A stretch of 64,000 bases of DNA from Coriobacteriaceae bacterium (lineage in GTDB: Bacteria > Actinomycetota > Coriobacteriia > Coriobacteriales > QAMH01), in the NCBI GenBank assembly GCA_025992705.1, contig DAJPGJ010000001.1, positions 1,553,270 to 1,617,269 on the forward strand, written 5' to 3'. The notes beneath the pieces were generated by a model. It was not told where the DNA came from and searched no databases. It worked only from the letters and a program-made list of their open reading frames with translations. Below, in pieces: positions 53,647-61,971 of this stretch. The number at the start of each line of letters is the position of its first letter. Positions within the stretch are counted from its first letter, which is position 1. Position numbers and translations under genes: made by a program.

Positions 53647-54978
53647 TCACTTCACCTGCGAATATCCGGACTCATCGAGTCGCGTGGAGAACTCGGCGCC
53701 GTCGCCCGCCAGCGTGGCCGAATAGCCGTTGAGCGCCTCGATCGCCGCCACAGCCGCATCGCCGGAAAGCGGCATGGGCTGATAGTCGTTCACGCTCGAG
53801 GAGCTGCTGACCAGACAGGGTACGACACGGGCCTGGGTACGCATGGCCTCGCCAAGCGCGATCTGACCGTTTTTGATCGGGAAGGTCTGCTGGTAGATCA
53901 CGGTGCGGTAATCCATGGGATTGGTGTTGCCACCGAAGCAGAAGTTGCCAAGGCTGTAGCAGATGTAACGCTGCTTGTAGTACTCGATGCCCTGCAGCAC
54001 ATGGGGATGCGAGCCCAAGACAAGGTCGCATCCGGCATCGATGGCCTGATGCGCGAGCGAGACCTGCGTGGCCGTGACCTCGTACTCGCCCTCGTTGCCC
54101 CAGTGGAAGGTGCCGACGATAATCGCGCAGCCCTCCTTCTGCAAGCGCTCGATGTCCTGGAGCATGAGACTTTGCGCCTTCTCGACGCCATCGAGCTCGT
54201 TGACGCCAAAGAGGCCGATCTTGATGCCATCGACCTCGTAGGTGTTTGTGCGGTCATACCCGAAGCTCGTGATTCCGGCATCCTGAAGCGCTGCCTTCGT
54301 ATCATTGTAGCCCGTAGTACCATAGTCAAACGAATGGTTATTGGCTAGGTTTACAGCCTCAACACTGCCCTGGACGAAGACGTTGGCGTATTCCGCGGGA
54401 GCCTTGAAGTTAAAGGACTTTTCCTGGATGTCGTTGCTCTCCGTGAAGGTGCCCTCGCAGTTGGCGATCGTCAGGTTATCTGCCGAAGTAAACGGCAGTA
54501 CGTCTGCAAAGAAATAGGCGGGACCGTTTGCCTGGTAGAACGCGTTGAAACTCGTCGCATCCGGGAAATCCGGATCCTTGCCGAAGGTGCAGTCCCCCAC
54601 TGCCGAGATGGTGACCTGCGTGTCGAGACCCTGCTGTGCCGTGCCGTTGAGACCGGCAAGTCCGGCCTTCTGACGCGCCACGTCGATGTTCTGAACGACG
54701 ATGGCCAGTACGCCCGAATTGCTCTCGGTCTTCTCCTCGGCCTTGAGGAAGGGCAGGCCGCCACAGGCGAACTGCCACACGCAGGCGATGAAGATGACGA
54801 CGAGGGCGGCGATGAGGGCGATGCGCGGCCAGCGCCGCGGCGTCTTGCTGTAGATGCGCATCTGGGAGCCCATGTGACGCCGACCGGTGCTGCCGAAGAT
54901 GCCGCGCTTATCGCCGCCGTAGATGATGCGACCCTTGTGAGGACCGCCACCTACGTATGTCTCCCTGCGTCGTGCCAC
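53647..54978 (-). CDS. CapA-family (PGA_cap metallophosphatase-like) protein with an N-terminal membrane anchor
   Basis: ISAVGDCTFG, NLANNHSFDYG and GSHPHVLQGIEYY are present. The start is uncertain. Confidence 0.75.
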   Translation of the reverse strand: MARRRETYVGGGPHKGRIIYGGDKRGIFGSTGRRHMGSQMRIYSKTPRRWPRIALIAALVVIFIACVWQFACGGLPFLKAEEKTESNSGVLAIVVQNIDVARQKAGLAGLNGTAQQGLDTQVTISAVGDCTFGKDPDFPDATSFNAFYQANGPAYFFADVLPFTSADNLTIANCEGTFTESNDIQEKSFNFKAPAEYANVFVQGSVEAVNLANNHSFDYGTTGYNDTKAALQDAGITSFGYDRTNTYEVDGIKIGLFGVNELDGVEKAQSLMLQDIERLQKEGCAIIVGTFHWGNEGEYEVTATQVSLAHQAIDAGCDLVLGSHPHVLQGIEYYKQRYICYSLGNFCFGGNTNPMDYRTVIYQQTFPIKNGQIALGEAMRTQARVVPCLVSSSSSVNDYQPMPLSGDAAVAAIEALNGYSATLAGDGAEFSTRLDESGYSQVK

Positions 54979-55135
54979 GTGATTGCTCCTGGAACTCGTA
55001 AAAGTCCCTGTATTCTACCATTTTCAGACGACGCAAAAGACGCGGGGGATGTGCGACCAGAGCGAATGGGTTTCTGAGCTCTGGCGTACATCCCCCGCGT
55101 CCTGTAGAAGTCGCGAAGAAGCGAGCGTGACGCGC

Positions 55136-57325
55136 TTAGTCCCTGCGGCGCGGCTTGCGCGTGTCCTTGGAACGACGGTTGTTGCGGTCGTTGCCATGGC
55201 CCTTGTCGTTGCGCGGCTTGGAGCTGCCCTCGGGAGCGTCGGGCTTGTCGAGGCGATCCAGGCTGATCTTGCCGGTCTTCTCGTCCACCTCGATGATCTT
55301 CACCTTGACGATGTCACCCTCGGAAAGCACGTCCTCGACGGCACCGACGCGACCATTGGCCACACGGCTGATGTGGAGCAAACCGTCCTTGTTCGGCGTG
55401 AGCTTGACGAAGGCGCCGAAGGACTGGATGTTGACGACCTCGCCCTCGTACTCCTCGCCCACCTCGGGCACCTTGACGATGTCCTCGACCATCTTGCGGG
55501 CAACCTCGCCGCCGGTATCGACCGATGCGATGAAGACGTTGCCGTCCTCGTGTACCTCGATGGAAGCGCCGGTCTCCTCCTGGATGCCGCGAATGACCTT
55601 GCCACCGGTGCCGATGACGTCGCGGATCTTGTCGACCGGAATCTTGATCGTGATGATGCGCGGCGCATACTCGGAGAGCTCCTCGCGCGGAGCGGGAATC
55701 TTCTCGAGCATGGCGTCGAGGATGAAGGCGCGGCCGCGCTTGGCCTGGCCGAGCGCCTCGGCGAGAATCTCGGTCGAGAGGCCCTTGGCCTTGTTGTCCA
55801 TCTGCAGGGCCGTGATGCCCTCAGTCGTGCCGCAGACCTTGAAGTCCATGTCGCCGAGGAAGTCCTCGAGACCCTGGATATCGGTCAGGATGACGTGCTG
55901 GTCGCCTTCCTTGATGAGGCCCATGGCGACGCCGGAGACCGGGCGCTTGATGGGCACGCCGGCGTCCATGAGCGCGAGCGTGGAGCCGCAGGTCGATGCC
56001 ATGGACGACGAGCCGTTGGACTCCATGACCTCGGAAACGACGCGGATGGTGTACGGGAACTCCTCCTCGCTGGGAATCATCGGCTCGAGCGCGCGAGACG
56101 CCAGGGCGCCATGACCGAGCTCGCGGCGCTTGGGAGCACCCATGCGGCCAACCTCGCCCGTGCAGTACGGCGGGAAGTTGTACTGGTGAATGTAGCGCTT
56201 GCCCTCGGCAGGGTCGATCGTGTCGAGGCGCTGCCACTCGTTGAGCATGCCGAGCGTGACGACCGAGAGGACCTGCGTCTGGCCGCGCTGGAACAGGCCC
56301 GAACCATGGGCGCGGGGCAGGTAATGCGGCACGATGTAGAGCGGGCGAATCTCGTCGTTGGCACGACCGTCGACGCGCTCGCCGGTCTCGATGATCATCG
56401 TGCGCATGGCGCGCTTCTCGAGGGCCTTGCAGGCAGCGGCGATCTCGCGACCCCACATGCTGCGCTCTTCCTCGGTGAAGGACGCCTTGATCTCGTCCTT
56501 GAGCTCCTCGACCTTGGCGATGCGCGACTGCTTGTCGGCATCCTTGAGGGCGGCCTCCATGGCGGCATAGAAGCCGTCGACCTTGGAGACGACCTCGGGG
56601 ATGGGCTCATCGAGCTCGTAGGTCTTGGGCTCGATGGTGCATTTGTCGAGGAACTTCTGCTGCTCCTCGCAGAATGCGCCGATGGCCTCCTGGGCAAACT
56701 CGAGCGCACCGATCATGTCCTCCTCGGTGACCTCATCGGCACCGCACTCGACCATGGAGATGTACTCCTTAGTGCCGGCAACGGTGAGGTTGAGGTCGGA
56801 GGCCTCGGCCTCCTCGAAGGTCGGGTTGACGATGTAATCGACGAGACCGTCCTCGGCGATGGTACGTGCGATGCGCACGCCGGCGACCGGGCCCTCGATG
56901 GGCACGCCGCCCACCATGAGAGCGGCCGAAGCACCCATGATGGAGATGACGTCAGGCTGATTAACCTGGTCGACGGAAAGCGTGGTGATGACGATGTGGA
57001 CATCGTTGCGCATGCCGTCGGGGAAGCTCGGGCGAATGGGGCGATCGACGAGACGAGCCGTGAGCGTGCCCTTCTCGCTCGGACGCGCCTCGCGCTTGAG
57101 ATAGCCACCGGGAATGCGACCGACGGCGTACATCTTCTCGATGAAATCTACCGTGAGGGGGAAGAAGTCGAGATCGCGACGCTCCTTGGACACAACAGCC
57201 GTTGTGAGCAAGATAGTGTCGCCTTGGCTCACGACGACCGCGCCCGTTGCCTGCTTGGCAAGTTCGCCGGTCTCGAGCCTGTAGCTCTTCCCGTACAGTT
57301 CAAATTCGTGCGTAATCTTAGTCAT
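55136..57325 (-). CDS. pnp: polyribonucleotide nucleotidyltransferase (PNPase)
   Basis: There are two RNase PH domains, KH (VIGTGGKVIRGIQEETG) and S1 (GEVVNIQSFGAFVKL). The 939-aa plus-strand ORF is its mirror. Confidence 0.95.
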   Translation of the reverse strand: MTKITHEFELYGKSYRLETGELAKQATGAVVVSQGDTILLTTAVVSKERRDLDFFPLTVDFIEKMYAVGRIPGGYLKREARPSEKGTLTARLVDRPIRPSFPDGMRNDVHIVITTLSVDQVNQPDVISIMGASAALMVGGVPIEGPVAGVRIARTIAEDGLVDYIVNPTFEEAEASDLNLTVAGTKEYISMVECGADEVTEEDMIGALEFAQEAIGAFCEEQQKFLDKCTIEPKTYELDEPIPEVVSKVDGFYAAMEAALKDADKQSRIAKVEELKDEIKASFTEEERSMWGREIAAACKALEKRAMRTMIIETGERVDGRANDEIRPLYIVPHYLPRAHGSGLFQRGQTQVLSVVTLGMLNEWQRLDTIDPAEGKRYIHQYNFPPYCTGEVGRMGAPKRRELGHGALASRALEPMIPSEEEFPYTIRVVSEVMESNGSSSMASTCGSTLALMDAGVPIKRPVSGVAMGLIKEGDQHVILTDIQGLEDFLGDMDFKVCGTTEGITALQMDNKAKGLSTEILAEALGQAKRGRAFILDAMLEKIPAPREELSEYAPRIITIKIPVDKIRDVIGTGGKVIRGIQEETGASIEVHEDGNVFIASVDTGGEVARKMVEDIVKVPEVGEEYEGEVVNIQSFGAFVKLTPNKDGLLHISRVANGRVGAVEDVLSEGDIVKVKIIEVDEKTGKISLDRLDKPDAPEGSSKPRNDKGHGNDRNNRRSKDTRKPRRRD

Positions 57326-57418
57326 GTTCTTTCCTCTACTTCAGCCCTCCCGCCCCGTGCGAAAGAGCACCTTCAGCCGTCCTGCGTGGACGGGCATTAC
57401 CATGAGATGCAGGTACAA

Positions 57419-57443
57419 GAAGGGCCGCTGCATGCGGCCCTTC
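57419..57443 (-). terminator. 10-bp perfect stem-loop between rpsO and pnp (attenuator or processing hairpin)
   Basis: The hairpin is GAAGGGCCGC-tgcat-GCGGCCCTTC, 14 nt after the rpsO stop. Confidence 0.5.
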
Positions 57444-57457
57444 CCTGCGCTTTGCGA

Positions 57458-57733
57458 CTAGATGTTGTCGCGGATGCCGAGCTTTGCGATGAGTTCGCGG
57501 TAGTTGTTGATGTCGCGCTCCTTGATATAAGAGAGAAGACGACGACGCTTACCGACGAGCATGAGCAGGCCACGGCGCGTGTGGTGATCCTTCTTGTGGA
57601 CCTTGACGTGCTCGGTGAGCTCGCGAATGCGCTCGGTGAGAATTGCGACCTGGACCTCGGCGGAACCAGAATCGTTGGCATCCTTGCCAAACTCCTTGAT
57701 GAGCTCGGCCTTGCGTTCCTTGGAGACTGCCAT
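57458..57733 (-). CDS. rpsO: 30S ribosomal protein S15
   Basis: [57 protein letters not shown] is present. The start was chosen at the conserved MAVSK. Confidence 0.9.
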   Translation of the reverse strand: MAVSKERKAELIKEFGKDANDSGSAEVQVAILTERIRELTEHVKVHKKDHHTRRGLLMLVGKRRRLLSYIKERDINNYRELIAKLGIRDNI

Positions 57734-57857
57734 GTGACTAGCCACCCTTTCATGTCTGGGCACCGCGTGTGGCCGGCGCCTTTACAATACGCCCGAAGCT
57801 GAGCCGACATCCAGGGTGCCGGGTGCACAGCCAAGCTGCGGGTACACACGAGCGCCC

Positions 57858-57886
57858 ATCATACCCTTTAGTTCGCGCGCGAGCAA
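57858..57886 (-). promoter_or_regulatory. candidate sigma-70-type promoter of rpsO
   Basis: On the minus strand it reads TTGCTC-17 nt-TATGAT. Confidence 0.35.
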
Positions 57887-58014
57887 GCTTTCTCCCCTCC
57901 CTCTCCATATCTTCCGCGGGGTATAGGCACTGAGGCCGTAAGGGGCGCACGCCGGGGAGGTGACAGGGGGACGGGGGTTCTGTCACGTCCATGGACGTGA
58001 CAGAACCCCCGGGC

Positions 58015-58092
58015 GGGTTCAGGCGATCATTGCACCTTCCGCCAACACTTCCTGGGTTCAGGCGATCATTGCACCTTCCGCCAACACTTCCT
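58015..58092. repeat. perfect 39-bp tandem duplication spanning the transposase stop codon
   Basis: GGGTTCAGGCGATCATTGCACCTTCCGCCAACACTTCCT occurs twice in tandem. Confidence 0.95.
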
Positions 58093-59248
58093 GCATAGCC
58101 TCGGAAGGGAACTTCCAGCCCAGGACCTTCCTCGGACGGTTGTTGAGCAGCCACCGCACCTTGCCCACCTCTTCGTCCGACACCTCCGTGAAGTCAGTCT
58201 CTTTGGGGAAGAACTCCCTGATCAGCCCGTTCACATTCTCATTGGTGGGCCGCTGCCAAGGAGAGTGCGGATCGCAGAAATACACCTCGAAGCCAGAGGA
58301 GAGCTTGAACCTGTCCACGCATGCCATCTCCGACCCCTGATCCCAGGTGAGCGTGCGCCTGAGCTCCTCGGGGATCCCCTCGGCCATCTGCGCCATGCGC
58401 TCTGCGACCGTGTCCGCGTCATGGCAGGTCAGCCTCGACATCAAAAGGAAGCGCGACCTTCTCTCCACGAGGGTTATGAGGCAGCTCGACAGGTCGCTTC
58501 CAATGATCAGGTCCCCTTCCCAATGCCCGGGGATGGAGCGGTCACCCGCCTCCGGGGGCCTCTTGGATATATGCGCATCCTTAAGCCAGGGCCTGTTCTT
58601 TGCGGGGAGCTTGGATGCCGGTTTGCGACCGCGGCGCTTGGTGCGCAAGGCGTACTCGACGCCGAGCTCATGGCGCAGCGTCCCGTAGCCTTGTACATAA
58701 AGGGACCGGTATATCGTCTCGTGGCTTATGCGCATCCCCTCGTCATCCGGGAAGTCTTCTTCGATCCGCTTGGAGACCTGCTCGGGCGACCATCTGCTGG
58801 CAAGCATCTGCAGCACATAGGCCCTAAGGGGGCCTCGGGCATCGAGCTTGCGGGGTTTTGGCCTTTTCGCCTTCTTCCTCGCATCAAGCTGGGCGTGCCT
58901 CGGATCGTAGGGTCCTTGCACCCGAGAAAGCTCGCGAGCGACGGTCGTCCTGCTGATGTTCATTTTATCGGCAATCTCTTGGTTGGTGCGCCCGACATCG
59001 AGAAGGGCCGCGATAAAGCAGCGGTCCTCGTATGTCAGGCGCTGCTTGGGCGATGTTCTTGCGCTCGGGGTCGGGCAGCTCGCGGCGTCCATTGTAAGCA
59101 CCATCCGATCCGGAGGGCGGTCCATTCGGCTCCACTTGAAAACGGCACCACGCCCGATTCCGGTCCGCCTTGCGCACTCCCTGATCGAATCACCCGCGCG
59201 AAGCCTCTCTTTGACCGCCGTCCAATCATCGATAGAGTATTTAGCCAT
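58058..59248 (-). CDS. IS30-family DDE transposase
   Basis: An N-terminal HTH (SIRECARRTGIGRGAVFKW; NQEIADKMNISRTTVAREL) and a DDE core (TLTWDQGSEMA...FCDPHSPWQRPTNENVNGLIREFFPK) are present. The start was chosen at MAKYS. Confidence 0.85.
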   Translation of the reverse strand: MAKYSIDDWTAVKERLRAGDSIRECARRTGIGRGAVFKWSRMDRPPDRMVLTMDAASCPTPSARTSPKQRLTYEDRCFIAALLDVGRTNQEIADKMNISRTTVARELSRVQGPYDPRHAQLDARKKAKRPKPRKLDARGPLRAYVLQMLASRWSPEQVSKRIEEDFPDDEGMRISHETIYRSLYVQGYGTLRHELGVEYALRTKRRGRKPASKLPAKNRPWLKDAHISKRPPEAGDRSIPGHWEGDLIIGSDLSSCLITLVERRSRFLLMSRLTCHDADTVAERMAQMAEGIPEELRRTLTWDQGSEMACVDRFKLSSGFEVYFCDPHSPWQRPTNENVNGLIREFFPKETDFTEVSDEEVGKVRWLLNNRPRKVLGWKFPSEAMQEVLAEGAMIA

Positions 59249-60516
59249 TGCACCACATCCTTTCCATGCGTGCAATGACCGCTAGAATCCGCCCCGTCCC
59301 CCTGTCACCTCCCCGTCCCCATGTCACGAATCCTCTCAGTTCATGCTGTTAAATCTTGCTCAATCATACAATTCAATGGGTATGATTATACATGTGAGCA
59401 GGTATAACGATATTTTCGGTGCATAGAAAACAGGACAAATTATGCGCGTAGGCACGCCGCGGAAGCATTGCCGAGCGTGCGCGTTCTTCGGCTGATATTC
59501 CTCTGACCGGCATGAACGGATGCAGCATTTGCCATTTGGGTAGGATTTTCCCTGATAAACCACAATCAATGGAGGAGGAAAGTGCTCTTGCGCAAATGGT
59601 GGCCTACTGGGGCCAAGATAATCCGTATTATGGACAGCCGATGGCAAGATACTAGGTACCTCATTGCATGAAAATGCATGTGACCTTGGAATATGACGCT
59701 CTGAGCAGGTGCTTTTAAAGGCTTTTGAATAGGTAATATGATGCCTGTATATTCCTAACATAGACAATTGCTGGGGAGGATGAATTCTCCTCCCTCCCCA
59801 TAGTGGCCAGGTGGGGAGAATAAGCCTGTCTTTGACCGCATTTCAGACAGATTAAGGACAAGCGCGACCAAGAAGAAATGTGATTCTACCCACGAAACGA
59901 GTAGTTTGGCTAGATTTTATGTCTAATTATAGAATCCAGGGACTGTCCCCTTCTTTCCGCTCGGGGTGCAAAATCACTCCCTGGATCCCCAAAAGGCCAT
60001 TGGTTGCCCATGAGTCTTATGCGGCGAAAAGAGAGTTTTGAAGGTCTTGAAGGCAGTTGCTAGCACCTTGAGAAGGCATCTGGTTGCTATACACGTTGTC
60101 CTGGGATGATATACGCTAGCAGACGAGCATCACCGCCCTCCTGGAGCCGGTTTCTCGTCTGCGCGAAGGGGTCTCCCCCCACCTTCTTTTGTACGAGGAT
60201 TTCGCGCCAAAAACACGCCGAACAACCCTCGATCCTGCATGACGACGATCTTGCGCGCGACTGCGTTGAGGCTATGTTGAGTTGTGCAGAGAACCCGTTA
60301 AATCCTCGTCACAACCTGCATGCAAGTCGCCGTCATGCAGAGTGCATCAAAATGCCTGTATTAGACACTTTTATTGCATCTGGGTAGGATAATACACTTT
60401 TTCAAGCAAAAATCAAGTGGAATTTGTATGGTATTCAAGCCCATATTATGATTTGTGGGGCAAGAGCGTATTTCTGCTCTATCATCCTGCCCAAGCGAGG
60501 AAAAGCCTGACAGGAA

Positions 60517-60999
60517 CTAGGACAAGGGCAATATCCACAGCCCCAGAATGCCCCCGAACACGGCCACGAGCGCCCCCACGATGACATCCCTGGGGGTAAT
60601 GCACTCCCCCGACAACGCGTATGATCGCCATGACCACACCGCCCACCAGCAAAGCAATACCAAGCGGTGGACAGTATGCTAGCCAGCACGTGGCAATCAT
60701 GAACACTGAGAAGATGTGTCTGCTGGGAAAGGATTTGCCCTGGGTGTCCTTGTGCATGAGCGGGGTCAATCGCGAGGGCTTCATAGGGGCGTGGCGCATT
60801 GTAGAGGACGCCTGAACACGCTCAATCCGATGAAGAGCACCGCTGGAACCAGAATCTCCTTTAGCAGCAAGGATGGGTCATGCAGGGCCACGAGTATCAA
60901 CAGCATAGGATAGAGGAGGTAGCAGAGCCACTTGAGTCCGTCGTTGACCAGCACCAACGCCCGCAACGCTGCGGGATTGTCACGAAATGGACGCGACAA
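60517..60999 (-). pseudogene. PAP2-family phosphatase gene with at least three frameshifts
   Basis: The conserved blocks lie in different frames: ...GLSVFRR / LYNAPRPYEALAIDP / LMHKDTQGKSFPSRH...GGVHYPQ / DVIVGALVAVFGGILG. Confidence 0.6.
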
Positions 61000-61036
61000 G
61001 GGCCGTATATTGCTCGGCGTTCATGACGCGCCTCCC

Positions 61037-61576
61037 CTACTCCAAAGTGGCAATCATGCGCACAAGCTCGTCTGCCGAGTCTGCGACCTTGAGATACGAA
61101 CGCATCTCTGGCGTCATGAAGCCATGCAGGAGCATGCGATCAAATAAGGCGATGAGCTCGTCATAGTATCCATTGCTGTTGAGTAGATACAGATAACCAG
61201 GCGGTGTGCCTAATTTAACAAGGGACATGATCTCCGATAATTCCTCGAGCGTGCCCGGGCCTCCTGGCAGAGCAATGAAAACCTCGCCGAGTTCGATCAT
61301 CGTGGCCTTGCGTTGCGCCATGGTTTCGACGCGAATGAGCTGCGTCAGACGACCAGACGGCGGCTCGCGATCGGAAAGTATGTCGGGCAAGATGCCAATG
61401 ACCTCGCCTCCCGCATCAAGCACGGCACCCGCAATGAGCCCCATGAGGCCGACACTCGTACCCCCATATATTAGTGTGTGATGATGCGCGCCGATCCAGG
61501 ATCCAAGAGTCTGCGTCTCTCGAGCAAAGGCCTCGTCCTCGCCAAATGATGAGGCACAATAGACCGTAATGTTCAC
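61037..61576 (-). CDS. LOG-family (TIGR00730) nucleotide phosphoribohydrolase
   Basis: IYGGTSVGLMG and the motif PGGPGTLEE are present. Confidence 0.85.
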   Translation of the reverse strand: MNITVYCASSFGEDEAFARETQTLGSWIGAHHHTLIYGGTSVGLMGLIAGAVLDAGGEVIGILPDILSDREPPSGRLTQLIRVETMAQRKATMIELGEVFIALPGGPGTLEELSEIMSLVKLGTPPGYLYLLNSNGYYDELIALFDRMLLHGFMTPEMRSYLKVADSADELVRMIATLE

Positions 61577-61578
61577 GT

Positions 61579-61971
61579 CTACTCCTGCTTCGTGCAGGTC
61601 ATGGTCTGGCCACCTTCTTCAAAGGTGAGCGCCCCGTCTGAAAGCGTGGCAGGTATCTCTTCGTAGCCCTCGAAGTCGATAACGCAGGTATCCTCCCCCG
61701 TCGGCTTCCAAGTGCCCGAAAGCGTCGTCTGGTTGGCAAGATCGAAGCTGGCCTGATCATCCTCATCGGAAAGCGTAAGGGTGAGGTACTTCTCTGCGGA
61801 AGCAAGCTGCTCGATTGTGGAGGTGAGCTCAGCACCCGAACTATCCGTCATTGCCGTGACACGCCAAGTACCCACGAAGTTGGGCTTGTAGTCAGGGCCA
61901 CAAGCGACAAGTGCAAGGCACAGAAGGGATAGGCACAGCGCACTAATAAGACAAGGTATGAGTTTTTTCAT
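61579..61971 (-). CDS. small lipoprotein (lipocalin-like size)
   Basis: The start MKKLIPCLISALCLSLLCLALVACG carries a lipobox. The tracked ORF extends further upstream. Confidence 0.6.
   Translation of the reverse strand: MKKLIPCLISALCLSLLCLALVACGPDYKPNFVGTWRVTAMTDSSGAELTSTIEQLASAEKYLTLTLSDEDDQASFDLANQTTLSGTWKPTGEDTCVIDFEGYEEIPATLSDGALTFEEGGQTMTCTKQE

Larger units (their letters stand above)
57954..59314 (-). mobile_element. IS30-family insertion sequence, about 1.36 kb
   Basis: The terminal inverted repeats are a perfect 23-bp match (GGGGAGGTGACAGGGGGACGGGG at 57954..57976, reverse complement at 59292..59314). No clean target duplication was identified. Confidence 0.8.

Noticed and set aside
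54983-57802. A 939-aa plus-strand ORF, the longest non-annotated ORF in the window.
   Set aside because: It is exactly antisense to pnp and rpsO. Its composition (Ala/Gly/Leu/Asp/Arg-rich, no motifs) is typical of mirror ORFs in high-GC DNA. The pnp assignment on the minus strand is unambiguous.
59360-59767. A 135-aa minus-strand ORF. The same applies to other isolated ORFs in AT-rich spacers (60106..60387, 63488..63823, 25237..25536, 28094..28570, 23621..23851).
   Set aside because: They lack an RBS and have implausible compositions rich in Cys, His and Arg, or lie antisense to promoter regions. None shows a family motif.
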